The notes beneath the pieces were generated by a model. The model was not told the origin of the DNA and did not search any database. It saw nothing but the letters and a program-made list of their open reading frames with translations. Of a stretch of DNA of 64,000 nt, positions 1 to 14,975 are shown piece by piece; the first letter of the stretch is position 1, and the number at the start of each line of letters is the position of its first letter. A program made the translations under genes and the position numbers. This DNA is from Octopus vulgaris (lineage: Eukaryota): positions 21,080,001 through 21,144,000 of the forward strand of contig OX597840.1 of the NCBI GenBank assembly GCA_951406725.2, read 5' to 3'.

Positions 1-605
1 TACATATATACACACATACAAATATGTATGCACACACATATACATTCAAACACGCATGCACACACACAGCCATATATACGCACTCACACACCTTTATATT
101 CAAGATGCTTTCGGGGTCTTGGAGTTACCGTAATTTCTGCCGATTATTAATAAAAAAGGAAAAGAAGCAGATGTAGATAGAAAAAAAACACACGCAGACA
201 TACATACATATATATATACTTTGAGTTCTACTTTTCTTGTTTGTATCACCAAACATATATGTATGTATGTGTGTATGTATGTGTGTGTATGTATATGTGT
301 GTGTGTATGTATGTGTGTGTGTGTATGTATGTGTGTGTGTATGTATGTATGTGTGTGTATGTATATGTGTGTGTATGTGTGTGTGTGTATGTATGTGTGT
401 GTGTATGTAAGTGTGTATGTATGTGTGTGTATGTATATATGTATGTGTGTATGTATGTATGTGTGTATGCATGTATGTATGCATGTATGAATGTATGTAT
501 CTATGTATGTATGTAGGTATATATGTATATGTATGTATGTATGTACGTGTGTATATATGTACGTGTGTACGTATATATATATACACACACAAACATGTAT
601 GCACG

Positions 606-684
<79 letters not shown>

Positions 685-967
685 GTGAGCCTATCCGCCC
701 ATACATTTGGTGCCAAGAAAAACGTGTTCGGGGTGAGACGGTGGGAGCGGTGATTGGGTGGGGAAGAAGTCGCTGCTAATTTAATTCTTCAATATCCATC
801 ATCCTGTGTGTTTACAAATAACATTCCCACCATTCTATAAATATACCAGAATCATGCCAGCATAAAGGCACAAGGCATCGGCAGAGCACAGAGCGGACCG
901 CATTCGAGCGCGGTATGTGACAAGCACCTGGGCCCTCCATCACACACCTGGATACGTGTGCGTGTGA

Positions 968-1004
<37 letters not shown>

Positions 1005-1024
1005 CACACACACATATATACACT

Positions 1025-1110
<86 letters not shown>

Positions 1111-2329
1111 TGGCACACATCCATAGGCATATATACGGCCCTGAATAGTAGAGGTGGTGGAGGTTTTCTTGTGGAGATGATAGTGGCGGCGGCGGCGGTG
1201 ATGGTGGTGGGTGGGGGACTCATTGTTATATAACGATTATATGAACAAAGACGAGTTATATCCAGGTTACACACACGCATTGGATACACAAACCCTTGCA
1301 CATATTGTCACACTCACACACACATGTGTATATATATATACACACACAAAATGTAAATATATATATATATATATAGAATGTACATACACACATGTATATA
1401 TGTGTATATATATATATATATATATTTATATACACGTACACAAGTAAAGACATGCATATATATATATATAGATAGATAGATAGAGGATCTTTTCCTTTTG
1501 ATGGACGGAATTTTCTAGTTAAGGAAAAGATCCTAGATAGATATATACATACATACACACGTATACAATATACACGCACCCACAGGCACACATACATACA
1601 CACACACATATATATATATATATACATAGATACACGTATACAATATAGATGCACCCACACACATATATATATATATATATACATATACTTTTATATATAT
1701 CTATCTATATATCATATACACATTCCTAATACATAGACGAGAGGCGACTTTAATTAGTATTAAAAGCCACACTAATGGCGCCTGTTCAGGCAAATGGTAT
1801 CAAAATTTAATGCTAAGCATATCTATGTCTTAGCTCCTCCGTCTATAAATCTTCACACGTGAGTTTTAGAGTAAATGAATCCGTTATAAACACTCGCAGA
1901 GATCGAGCGACAGATAAATTACCAGCGCACTTGCAAAACAATATAGGACTATTACAGATATATATCTCTGTATCTAGGTTGACATAGTAAGACTGGCGGA
2001 CACACAGACACACGAAATGTGAAGCAAAGCGGGTGCACAACCGCGCGCACATGGCGGGGAAATAGAGCAAGGTTTTTAATTTATATCGTGTTTGATACAC
2101 TCTTGTACAAATAAACGAGCATTGAACTACAGGAGATAGTTCGATTGATAGGGTGGTAGATTTGATTCACTGATTTCGAGATACATGCCTGGAGAGAGAG
2201 CTGGACAGTTTATTTAGTGGATATAGAGTTACTGTATAATGTTGCTCTACGTATTCGTCTAGTTTTTCTTTTCGTACTGTATTCATATTTTATACAACGT
2301 TTGAAGCAATCTGTGTGTAATATCTATGA

Positions 2330-2410
<81 letters not shown>

Positions 2411-2672
2411 TATGTACGGACGTATGCCTGCGTGTGCCTATATGTATACATGTATTTGTATATGCATATATATATCAACTGTGTCATATATATATATATC
2501 ATATATCAAATGAAGGATATTTAATTTTTAGAAGGAAAATAGTGACTTCGAAATTTCGCCTCTTTGTTTCTTCCTCAATGTACACGTACACATAGAGATA
2601 TAGGTAGATAGATAAACACACACACACACATATATATATATATACACATACACACATCTATCTATTCCTCCC

Positions 2673-2738
<66 letters not shown>

Positions 2739-3170
2739 TTTCTACTATAGGCACAAGGCCTGGAATTTGGGGGAGGGGAATTGTCGATTTCCTCGACTTA
2801 ACTGGTATCTTATCGACCCCGAAAGGATGAAAGGCAAATTTGACCTGGAGGGAATTTGAACTTAGAACGTAGCGACGGGCGAAATACCTATTTTTTTATT
2901 ACCCACAAGGGGCTAAACAGAGGGGACAAACAAGGACAGACATAGGTATTAAGTTGATTATATCGACCCCAGTGCGTAACTGGTACTTAATTTATCGACC
3001 CCGAAAGGATGAAAGGCAAAGTTGACCTCGGCGGAATTTGAACTCACAACGTAACGGCAGACGAAATACCGCTAAGCATTTCGTCCAGTGTGCTAACGAT
3101 TCTACCAGCCAACAAATGACCAAAGCCTTGTGAGTGGATTTGGTAGACGGAAACGAAAGAAACCCGTCGT

Positions 3171-3218
<48 letters not shown>

Positions 3219-4259
3219 CGCCCCCGCGACATAGCGGTTCGGCAAAAAAGACTGATAGAATAAGTACCAGGCTTTAAAAAAATAATTCCTGGGGTCGAAT
3301 TGTTCGACTAAAATTTCTACAAGGCGGTGCTCCAGCACGGCCACAGTCAAATGACTGAAATAAGAGAACGATTTGTTTTCCATGATTCTTGAAGTTAGAC
3401 TGCCGATTGAAAGAGAGAATTTAACAAATCAGTCAGTTCAGAAGTGAATTACAACCAGTGCTTGTGTTGTTATTGGCGGGATGACCTTCCCAACATACAG
3501 CTTAAGAAGCTCGCTTTGTGTGTGTGTGTGTGTTTCATTTTCGCATTTGGTTTACAAGATTCTTTATGTGAATTCGTGTGTTGAAGCAAATTTTATTGTG
3601 TCTGGAGGGAGTAATTCTGTTTTAGTGCCTTATTATTTAACACACTCACAGGTAAAATTTCCAACCATTTACTTATTTATTTTTTCTAAAATTTTCGTTG
3701 CGTCTCGTGTGTCTTTGTGTCTGTTATTGTCACCTCTTCAACACTTGACAAATGGTGTTGGTTCGTTCACGTCCCGTAACATAGCAGCTCGGCAAAAAGA
3801 GATTGATAGAACTAAAATTTAAGCAAAAAGCACATAAGCATTGGGTTCGACTTGTTCGACCTCAGAATCCTTCACAGTGTTGCACCAGCATGGCCGCAGT
3901 CCAGTGACAGAAACAAATAAAAGATGAGATATGAAAGAAAGTTACGCGCGCGCGCGCAAACACTCAAACGTGAACAATGAGGAAGAGAGATGCACTCAAT
4001 ACTGAACTTAGAGTGTTTGTTTTACTAGAACACCAAACTCCGTGACTTGTTATACACACGCACACGCTTACACATACACCCAGGAATACAAACCTAGCAT
4101 GCACTCGCACGTATCGATACATCCATATTGCTGCGAGATCTCTTGTCAACAGCTGATAATTAGAATGTCATGCAACTAAAAAGCTCCGTGTAAAAATTTT
4201 GTATGTCCGTGTGTGAGAGAGAGAAAAGAGAAAGACAATGACAACGGGAGAGTGTTTAG

Positions 4260-4810
4260 ATCTATCTATCCATTTACTTACATAGCTATCTATCTATTTG
4301 CCTATCTATCTCTCTGTATGTATGTATGTTTATCTATCTATCAATCCATTTACTTACATATCGATCCATCTATTTACCCACATATCTACCTACCTACTTA
4401 TCTGTCTATCCATCCATCTATCTATCCACATATCTACCTACCTACCTATCTATCCATCCATCTATCTATCTATCCACATATCTACCTATCTATCCATCCA
4501 TATATCTACCCACATATCTACCTACCTACCTATCCATCCATCCATCTATCTATATACCTACCTATCTATCTATCTATCCATCCATCCATCCATATATTTA
4601 CCCACATATCTACCTACCTATCTATCCATCCATCCATCTATTTACCCACATATCTACCTACCTACCTATCTATCCATCCATCTATATACCCACATATCTA
4701 CCTACCTACCTATCTATCCATCCATCTATCTATTTACCCACATATCCATCTCTCTATCTGTCTCTCTGTATGTATGTTTGTCTATCTATCTATCTATCCA
4801 TCTATCTACT
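4260..4810. repeat. Compound (CTAT/CCAT/CCTA) minisatellite, ~36-nt higher-order unit
   Basis: Recurring CCCACATATCTACCTACCTA. Confidence 0.9.
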
Positions 4811-5299
4811 GGGGTATATATTTACTGATCATACACACACACACACACACATACACACACTGAAACTATTTATCCCTAAGGATGCTTTCGGCATGAGAGA
4901 GAAAAAAAAATATATATATATATATAATTCCACATTATGTGTAGCTGGAGGCTCAGTTTCGAAACTTCGCAAATACTTTGTTTCATCTCATGCTTAATAA
5001 ATTTGAAAAATGCTAACATCTCTCAGAATGTGGCGGCGGCGACCACGGCTGTAGCAGCAGCAGCAGCGGTGGTGGTAGTAGTAGCAGTAGTAATAATAGT
5101 TGGGGTGGGAGGCTGGATGCTGGTGATGTAGTGCGGGAGGCTGTGTAGCGATAATGAAGATATTGATGATTAGATGACTAACAGTGATGCTGGTAGGTGG
5201 GTGTATGGGGGGATAAGAAGTAATTTAAGATGATGTAATGATGAGAGAAGGGAGGAAGAGGGGGGGAGGAGGCTGATATTATTAATAGCTGTTGTTGTT

Positions 5300-6062
5300 G
5301 TTGTTGTTTTAGCCCCAGGTCTGCCTTGAGTCAGTCAGTCCTATGAACAAAAGGTAATTTTCAGCCGTGATCATTGTGTATTTCCCCCCCCCCACTGTAC
5401 AGGGAACCCTAGGAGTACATTAATCCAATGTGTCATTTAAAAAATAAACGACACTATTTGATTTTGAAGACTTGCTGCTATGTCTAGCATCTTGAGAGGC
5501 CACGTAGAGGAACCTCACGCTTTTAATGGCCATTGTTGTAATTTAGCCTAAGGTCAGTTTTCATTAAACAGTCCCCAGCTGTGATCCTTCTGTATTTTGC
5601 CGCTGTACAAGGGAGCAGGGAAGAGCATAATTCGTATACGATAAGGTGTGATTTGCGGAAGATTCGCTGCTATGTCTAGCATCTTGAGAGACCACGTAGA
5701 GAGAACTGATGTTAGCCCAGGTCAGTCTTCATCAGTCTGTCCTAAGCTGTGATCCTTCTGTATTTTCCCGTTGTACAGGGAACCGAGGAGCGTAGTATTC
5801 AGTCCTTTTAAAAAGACGATAGGGTGTGATTCGAGGAAGACTTGCTGCTATGTCTAGCACCTTGAGAGGCCACTTAGAGGAGCTGGTGCTATTAATGGCT
5901 GTCTAGCCCCGGGTTAGTCCTAAGCTGTGATCCTTCTGTATTTTCCAGGGAACCGAAGAGCGCATTATTCAATGCCCCCCCTTTTTTTTTTACAAACCAT
6001 ACAGTATGATTTGGGGAAGACTTGCTGCTGTTTCCAGCACTCCGAGCGACCACGTAGAGGTT
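5300..6062 (+). repeat. Four diverged tandem copies of a ~165-240 bp unit
   Basis: Recurring GCTGTGATCCTTCTGTATTT and GCTGCTATGTCTAGCA...CCACGTAGAG; older relatives near 10590-11020. Confidence 0.75.
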
Positions 6063-6417
6063 CTCTTGTGGACCCATGTTACATGAATACCGATTCCAGT
6101 TGGTGCTGATGGCGATGGTAACACTTCTACGGCAGGGAGAGATGTTAGTTTGATGGTGTTCACTTTGCTGTTGGTTGTGGTGGTGGAATTAAAGCTATGA
6201 CAGCGGAGAGGAAGGGATAACGGTAATTGTGACAGACAAGACCTGCAATCAAAGAATATTCCATTCGTAACTTATCGCATCTTTTATTTCCAGATATTAT
6301 GCATAGTGGCTGTGTGGTAAGTAGCTTGCTAACCAACCACATGGTTCCGGGTTCAGTCCCATTGCGTGGCACCTTGGGCAAGTGTCTTCTGCTATAGCCT
6401 CAGGCCGACCAAAGCCA

Positions 6418-6810
6418 GGCGCAGGGGTGGCTGTGTGGTAAGTAGCTTGTTTACCAACCACATGATTCCGGGTTCAGTCCCACTGCGTGGCACCTTGGGC
6501 AAGTGTCTTCTACTATAGCCCCGAGCCGACCAATGCCTTGTGAGTGGATTTGGTAGACGGAAACTGAAAGAAGCCTGTCGTATATATGTATATATATATG
6601 TATGTTTGTGTGTCTGTGTTTGTCCCCCTAGCATTGCTTGACAACCGATGCTGGTGTGTTTGCGTCCCCATCACTTAGCGGTTCGGCAAAAAGAGCCCGA
6701 TAGAATAAGTACTGGGCTTACAAAAGAATAAGTCCCGGGGTCGAGTTGCTCGATTAAAGGCGGTGCTCCAGCATGGCCGCAGTCAAATGACTGAAACAAG
6801 TAAAAGAGTA
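6418..6810 (+). mobile_element. tRNA-derived SINE family A, full length (partial tandem copy at 6305-6415)
   Basis: A box TGGCTGTGTGG, B box GGTTCAGTCCC, CORE-like CCTTGGGCAAGT, internal microsatellite, tail GACTGAAACAAGTAAAAGA. Confidence 0.85.
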
Positions 6811-7682
6811 TTAATGTCTCCAGTACTACGTGTCTCCTCTTTTCCGACCTCACTGTATCATCTAAAGGAGGTCTGGAGGTTTCGCGGGTTGAGCGATCGC
6901 TTCCTCAATGGCTCAACCGCGATAATTAATGGTGTCGGTGGAGTCACCACGAAATGTCGTTAGATCCACCACTTCTAATCTGTCAATTACTGTTGTAAAG
7001 TAATGATTTGCTTAGAGATAAAACTCTTTGGGGTTCTTATTCGTTTAAGCGTAGATGTTTAATTTCTACCCCTGTATCTAACTTTTCCTATTATACCTTT
7101 TTTATACGTTTTAAACATCAGAGATTCAGAATCTCACTGAATATATATTTGCTTTCTATTACAAAAATACGTGCGTTTACTATATATATATACACGACGG
7201 GCTTCTTCCAGTTTCCGTCTATCAAATCCACTCACAAGGCTTTGGACGGCCCGAGGCTAGGCTATAATAGAAGACACCTACCCTAAGTGCTACACAATGG
7301 GACTGAACCCGGAGCCATGTGGTTGGGAAGCAAGTTACTTACCACAGACCCACCTCTGCGCCTAAAAAGATAATTATTATTATGATTTTCTTTAAATATA
7401 CTTTTAGTGATAATAAGAAAAGTTTCTGAACCTCTGATGTTGAACTCCAAAACCCACATCTTATCTAGTAAGTGCCCACCATCCAATGGTTCCGTCCACC
7501 CTCTTCGTGAATAGGCGACAGTCCGAAGCACATTCGCTGGTCAACTAGTTTTAAACAGAAGTACTAATGGGGGAAACAATTCACCCCTTGTATCCATCAA
7601 TCTTAGTTTTATTACGAAAACATGAGAAGACAGGAGCGCACTGCTGTATATTTAATAACTACCAATATAAAGGTACCACAAA

Positions 7683-8228
7683 GCGGCGAGTTGACAGAAA
7701 CGTAAGCACGCCGGGGCGAAATGCTTTGTGGTATTTCGTCTGCTGTTACGTTCTGAGTTCAAATTCCACCGAGGTCGACTTTGCCTTTCATCCTTTCGGG
7801 GTCGATTTAAAAAGTACCAGTTACGCACTGGGGTCGATATAATCGACTTAATCCGTTTGTCTGTCCTTGTTTGTCCCCTCTCTGTGTTTAGCCCCTTGTG
7901 GGTAGTAAAGAAATAGGTATTTCGTCTGCCGCTACGTTCTGAGTTCAAATTCCGCAGAGGTCTACTTTGCCTTTCATCCTTTCGGGGTCGATTTAAAAAG
8001 TACCAGTTACGCACTGGGGTCGATATAATCGACTTAATCCGTTTGTCTGTCCTTGTTTGTCCCCTCTGTGTTTAGCCCCTTGTGGGTAGTAAAGAAATAG
8101 GCATTTCGTTCTGAGTTCAAATTCCACCGAATTTCTGTGTCGATAAAGTAAGTACCTGTGGAACACTGGGACCGATGTAATCGACTTAACCCCTCTCCCA
8201 AACTTGCTGGCCTTGTGCCAAAATTTGA
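7683..8228 (+). mobile_element. Tandem array of SINE family C (Nin/Deu-like domain)
   Basis: Repeated GCCTTTCATCCTTTCGGGGTCGAT...AAGTACCAG domain, ~190-bp units; relatives at 2750-3110, 16963-17310, 22500-22742. Confidence 0.8.
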
Positions 8229-8356
8229 AATCAATATATATAGGTACCATGGAATGTTATTGCGAGTAGAATAGAGCCGGAATTTTATCGGTGGGTTATA
8301 AAAATATTTTTTCTGGGTCCACTTCAAAATGTGAATGCTAGTCTGTAATACATATT

Positions 8357-8743
8357 CTTTTACTTGTTTCAGTCATTTGACTGCGGCCATGCTGGAGCAC
8401 CGCCTTTAGTCGAGCAAATCGACCCCGGGACTTATTCTTTGTAAGCCCAGTACTTATTCTATCGGTCTCTTTTGCCGAACCGCTAAGTGACGGGGACGTA
8501 AACACACCAGCATCGGTTGTCAAGCAATGCTAGGGGGACAAACACAGACACACAAACACATATATATATATACATATATACGACAGGCTTCTTTCAGTTT
8601 CCGTCTACCAAATCCACTCACAAGGCATTGGTCGGCCCGGGGCTATAGCAGAAGATACTTGCCCAAGATGCCACGCAGTGGGACTGAACCCGGAACCATG
8701 TGGTTGGTTAGCAAGCTACTTACCACACAGCCACTCCTGCGCC
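8357..8743 (-). mobile_element. SINE family A, full length
   Basis: Near-identical reverse complement of 6418-6810. Confidence 0.85.
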
Positions 8744-9478
8744 TGTATGCTAATACTTTTCTAAGAACCCCCCAGAAAATTTATCGGCTCTGATCGCATT
8801 AGGAAAACTTAGTGAAATGGTCAGTTGTTGCTGTTTAACTTGATTCAAAATATGTTAAATGCAGTACAACTGAGCCAATCTGGGATTTTATTTTATGTCA
8901 AATGAGGGAGATTTGACTACCATTTCTTGCAAACCGGGCAACCACATAGAGCCAAAATTATATTTATTTTACTATATTCTATAGTATTCCTTTTTATATT
9001 ACTATATTCCGCACTGTTTTTAAATTCCCTAACATTGAATTTAAGAATGCTAATAAAATCATTAGATTATATTAATTATAAGTTGATAGGGCTCAGGATG
9101 GAGTGGCCTAAAGAACTCGGTTCGGGTTTTCGTATGATGAGAATTTAAATGCCGCCGAGGCCGACTTTGCCTTTCGTCCATTCGGAGTGGTTAAGGAAAT
9201 AATTAGCAGTCCGAGTGCGGTGGACTGCCGGAAAGTTTGAACCTGAGACGGGAAGCTTTGCGCTTCTCTGTTCCGGATCTAATTCCGCCTCCTATCACCG
9301 GACTTCTGGTAACAGGGAATTAATCTTTCCGAACACCGCCAACGGTGACCAGCTTCCAATTCCAGGATGAGGAAGGAAGGAAGGAAGGCAGCGATGGATG
9401 AACATCTCTCGGTCACATCAACGAAACAAAACGGGACGATCACGAGATCTGATCAGATTATTAAAAATGTGGTGTGCG

Positions 9479-9669
9479 GGACTACTTGAGAACAATGGTC
9501 CCGGTGCGCGCACTCGCACTAGTTAGTCGTGACTAGTCGATCCTACCACGACTACCTGGCAAAGTAAATAAAACACAAAACACAAAGTAAGGATCGACTA
9601 GTCATGACTAGCTAGCGCGCATGCGCGATTATGCGAGTGCGCGCACCGGGACCACTGTTCTCGAGTAGT
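9479..9669. mobile_element. GC-rich MITE with ~38-bp TIRs (copies at 43160-43338, 45238-45449)
   Basis: ACTACTTGAGAACAATGGTCCCGGTGCGCGCACTCGCA / TGCGAGTGCGCGCACCGGGACCACTGTTCTCGAGTAGT plus inner inverted repeats; superfamily unassigned. Confidence 0.8.
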
Positions 9670-10056
9670 GGATGGAAGCACTCCGTCGGTTAAGACGATG
9701 AGGGTTCCGGTTGATCCGATCAACGGAACAGCCTGCTCGTGAAATTAACGTGTAAGTGGCTGAGCACTCCACAGACACGTGGACCCTTAACGTAGTTCTC
9801 GGGGATATTCAACGTGACACAAAGAGTGACAAGGCCGGCCCCTTGAAATACAGGTACAACAGAAACGGGAAGAAAGAGTGAGAGAAAGTTGTGGTGAAAG
9901 AGTACAGCAGGGATCACCACCACCCCCTGCCGGAGCCTCGTGGAGCTTTAGGTGTTTTTGCTCAATAAACACTCACAACGCCCGGTCTGGGAATCGAAAC
10001 AGCGATCCTATGACCACGAGTCCGCTGCCCTAACCACTGGGCCATTGCGCCTCCAC
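9670..10056 (-). mobile_element. tRNA-derived SINE family B with 11-bp TSD
   Basis: Head TGGCCCAGTGGTTAGGGCAGC...GTTTCGATTCCC; TCTCGAGTAGT at 9659-9669 and 10057-10067. Confidence 0.85.
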
Positions 10057-11105
10057 TCTCGAGTAGTCCTAACAAAACAAAACGAAAATGATGGTCCCAC
10101 ATACTTACATGCTGACACGCATCAAATATATTGTATAAAATGAAACTTGAAATTTTGAAAAAGTGATCAAGTCTTCTGTCCTATCTGAAATGTGTTTGTA
10201 GAAAATTTCCTTAAAAAATATCCATTTTTCTGAAAGTTATAAAGGAAGTCTGAGTAGGGAGCACATTTGTGTAGGTTTGCCAGAAAACATGCAATGAAAT
10301 TATGGGGTCTTTTCCCTTTGAAAGGGTTAGGGTTAGGATCCGAATTATGTTTTATACAAGACTGGTTCCTTTCTTGTATGTGAGATGGTGGAAGGTGCAA
10401 CCGGGTTTGGTGAACTGGAAAAAGGGGAAACACAGAAAGGGAAAAGTTTAAGGAATCTAACAGTTGCTCCATTAATTGGCATTTTGTAATGTTTAGGCTT
10501 TCATGGTTAAAGGAAATATTTCGTGATGTTCTGAGAAAGGAGGAATTTGGTAACGTTTGAAGGAGAGTAGTGTATGGGTGTGTGCTGTTGTTTAGACCCT
10601 GGTCAGCCACATAAGAGAAAGGCATTCCAGCCATGGCCATCACAATTTTCTTTTCCAAGAATAGTATTTTCAAGACATTGTCCAGCGTGTCCTTCGTTTT
10701 AAAGATGGTAGTGTCTGAATTGAGACAGACTTGACTGCTATTTCTAGTGGCATGTGTGTTGTATGCTGAGTGTTGATAATTCGGTTGGGTGTGATTATGA
10801 GGTACATTTGGCTACTATTTTTAATAAGTCAATCACTCACGAAGAGTCTCTCTCGTTGTTAGACCCGAGGTCAGAATTAATTGATTGCACAGGCATATTT
10901 TCAGATATAATTATTATCTAGGACTTCATTATCCAGTGTTATTATCATCCATTTGTATGGTTTGAATGAGAGTTAGACAACTATTTCTAGCAAGTCTACG
11001 AACTACATAGAGGCTTCCTCATTGATACCGACGATCCATTCGACAAAGAATGAGGAAATGAATAGGAAAATGTAGAAGTCAGCCAGAACAGGACCTTTTC
11101 GTCCC

Positions 11106-11142
<37 letters not shown>

Positions 11143-12099
11143 TTGCTATCTTCCTCTCTATTTTCTCTTTCTCCCTCCTTCTTTGCTCTGCCTCTTTCTC
11201 TTCTCTCTCTTCCCCGTGTCTGCTTTACTTTCTCCTCCTCTCTCTCTACCCACTTCGTATTGTATTGTAAGGGTTTATGACTTTCATATACGAACTAACA
11301 AATGTTTGTAAGGACGAGGACGATGTCATGAATGTCAACCTCACTACAAATTACTCCTTATTTTGTCGATCTCAGCATAATAAAAAGCAAAGTAGATTCC
11401 AGCACAACCGCAAAGGCAATTTTCCCGCCACTCTCCTCAATCGGTCGTAGGAGAATGCATTAGCCATAAATATCGATCATAGAATCTTACTGCAGCTTAT
11501 TTTAGTGGTCTTAAAAATGGATTTGGATTCAAAACCCTTTACTATTTTGCTCATTTCTTAACGTCCTTAATCTTAGTGGCAAGTTGGGGGTTTCAGTTTT
11601 GCTCCTAACATTTACATAAGGGCACAGATTCTTAAGGTCTTTGGATATGTGATTCTTTTAGCTTCAGACAGAAAAACTTAAGATATTTGTACATCCACAA
11701 ACACTACAGCAGAACTGAGAAAAGCCACAGAGTTCAAGAAGAATCATCCATCGATCCATTTTCTTGCCCATTATTTCTGGGCAAGTTTGTGGGGGTAGAA
11801 TTCGCAGGCATCTCTGCCAAAGGAGACTGTCAAACGTGACCAATGGAGACTATGGATGTTATCCAACCACCATTCTCATTCTCTCCTACATGTGAGTAGC
11901 CATGTAGCTCCTCCACAAAAAGGAGGTTCTCTAAGACACAACATCATCCCTCCATGAGTTTAAAGACTCATGAGCTACATGGTGACCTCATGAGTGCTGA
12001 TGCCATGTATGAAGCACCTTACTGTAAAGTGGTTGGTGTTAGGAAGGGCATCCAGCTGTAGAAACCATGCCAAAACAGACACTGAAGCATAATCCAGGC

Positions 12100-12285
12100 C
12101 TTAGGTAGCAGAAGCTATCAACTACTTCTAGTTTCTCCCCCTGGAGTGTGATGGAATCGGTTTTCTGAGCATCTGTGGTGTCTATTGCCCCTGTGCATCT
12201 GCCACACGCGAAAGCTATCTTCTCGGTTAATCTTCCTTTGATGTTGCTGCACCTCTTATGTGTCCATAGCTTACACTGGTATATA
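12100..12285 (-). pseudogene. RTE LINE fragment with PHD-like zinc finger
   Basis: QCKLWTHKRCSNIKGRL...FACGRC...GEKLEVVDSFCYL. Confidence 0.7.
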
Positions 12286-13691
12286 TATTCGGATGCTGGG
12301 CCTCACAGAGGAAATGGCAAAGGACTGGAAGATGTGATGATTTGCTGTACTTGATAAGACACGTTAAGCAAAGCAAAATCATCGTCTTCTGCACATACAG
12401 GCTTGTTCTTTCGGGTGCCAGTGCCATTTGGATGGTGCCCATGCTGGTGCTGTGTTATCGCACCCATGCTAATGGCACGTAAAAAGCACCCTGTAAAGTG
12501 GTTGGCATTCGGAAGAGCATCCAACCATAGAAACCATGCCAGAACAGACAGTTGGAGTCAGGATATATATAAATTTGATTCCCCGTCTGAAAAATTTCTT
12601 GTAGGATATTTCTTAAATGTTTATCCAACATGTACAATTTTGTGATTCCTATTAGCAAATGAAACATGTGTAATGGTGAATAGTTGAAACCAAAAAGTTT
12701 TACAGATTCCTGTTTTGTCTTACACACACACACACAGAGGGAGATGTCAACAAAATGGATAAGGATTTTGTTTCACAACCTCATAGTTCTGAATTACATG
12801 TAACATAGGTGTTTTCCACCATAGGACTTGGTTGAATACAGCTATGGTAGATATAATGGGTTCAAATTTAGATTCAGGTGGCTGTGATGTCAACTTCTCG
12901 ACCATTTAATTGTACTTTTAATAATTTATGTGACAAAAATTGAAATGAAAGCTACTCTAGGGAAAGGCATGCTGGTGTGGTAAGAAGCTTACTTCTCAAC
13001 CTCAGGGTTCGGGGTTCTAGTCCCACTGCCTCGTTCTTTCAGTAAGGGCCTTCTACTCTGGTCTTGAGCCAACGAAAGCCTTGTAAGTGGATTCGATAGG
13101 CAGAAATTAAAAGAGTACCATTGTGTGTGTGTGTGTGTTTATCTTTGTGCCCCACCATTGCTTCATGATCGGGGTTGATGCTTACGTCTAACTTGGTGGT
13201 TCGGCTAAAAACATCTGATAGAACAACCACCAGGTTTAAAAAAGAAAATTTGCACTGAGATCGACTGGTTCTGCTAAAATTCCTCAAGACTGCGGCCCCA
13301 GCTTGGCCACAGTCTGATTACTGAAACAAGTGAAGAAAAGTAAGAAAAGGTATATGTGTGTGTATGGCCACACATCAGATATAAATACAACAGCTTCTCA
13401 AGTAATATATCGAAAAATATACCCTTGGTTTATTGCTTTTAGATTTTAAACACCTCAAGAGGAAGATTTTATTCACTAATTGCTTGGATAATCTGAGTTG
13501 ATGGAAGGGTACTTTTTGGTAATTTCACCCCCATTAAAAAATTGGGTCATCACCCCACTACAAAATTGTGTTAATGTGGTGACAAGAGATTGGATTAAAA
13601 GAGTTTGGTCCTTTTGATTCAAGACTTCAACACTTTGTTGACGTTTGGCCTCCTGAATAGGAATGGTAGGATTTCTTATAAAAATATTATC

Positions 13692-14049
13692 AGGAGTGGC
13701 TGTGTGGTAAGTAGCTTGTTTACCAACCACATGATTCCGGGTTCAGTCCCACTACGTGGCACCTTGGGCAAATATCTTTTACTATAGTCTTCGGCCGACC
13801 AAAACCTTGAGTGGAAACTGAAAGAAGCCCGTCGTATATATGTATGTATGTGTGTATGTGTTTGTCCCTCTAGCACTGCTTGACAACCGATGCTGGTGTG
13901 TTTACGTCCCCGTCACTTAGCGGTTCGGCAAAAGAGACCGATAGAATAAGTACTGGGCTTACAAAGAATAAGTCCTGGGATCGATTTGCTCGACTAAAGG
14001 CGGTGCTCCAGCATGGCCGCAGTCAAATGACTGAAACAAGTAAAAGAGT
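13692..14049 (+). mobile_element. SINE family A
   Basis: Homology to 6418-6810; diverged copies at 12970-13345 and 16400-16708. Confidence 0.8.
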
Positions 14050-14504
14050 AGATTCAATAAGATGTTTAATTTTTTCCAGTTTTCATGTTTATTAATTCTT
14101 TAATTTTTTTTGTTTGTTTTTTTTTTGAGGGTTAAAGAATTTTCCTAGTTGAGGGGAGATAACCAAAAGCACATGGGGAGATAACCCAACTTTTTGCTGG
14201 TAGTGAGATTAAACATTATGAGACCCTACTATATATTATATTTCCTGTCTAGAACATTCCCTGGAACTGAATGGCCCCTAATATTTTTCTTCGAAGATAA
14301 ATATTTGTATTTTAAAATTTATTTTATTCTAAGAAGCCTTTTAAAATAGTTTTAATACGAAACTATCAGCTATTGAAGCAGCTTTGCATGTATGGTTGAT
14401 GAAGTGGTGTTTGTTTTCAAGCCACCGATTAAAATCATTCAGCCCCAAATTCTCCCGCTTTTTGCCCCCTTTTGAAAATAGATGAAAATCAAGAATAAAT
14501 TTGA

Positions 14505-14804
14505 TAAATTTTCAGAGTAACACCCGCAAGATTTTCACTAACAAAAATTTTTTAAAACTCGGATTTTTTGCGTGTAATGAAAGTACCCTGACCTTCTAAT
14601 ATGAAGCAAATCCCTTATTTTTGTTCGGATTCATTGGAAAAAAGTTTCTTTTTTTCGTTGAATGAATTCCTGGGACCTCCTAATATGCTACAAAACCCTT
14701 TTTGGGGTCCGAAAAACGGAGTTGGGTGAGGTGGAAGCCTCGGAAATTTTACCCGCTCTTAACATTTTACAGAAAAAAAATTTCCAGAGTGCAAATTGCA
14801 TGGC

Positions 14805-14876
<72 letters not shown>

Positions 14877-14944
14877 TACATATATATACTTGTATATATA
14901 TATATACGTATATATATATATACATATATGTATATATATATATG

Positions 14945-14975
<31 letters not shown>

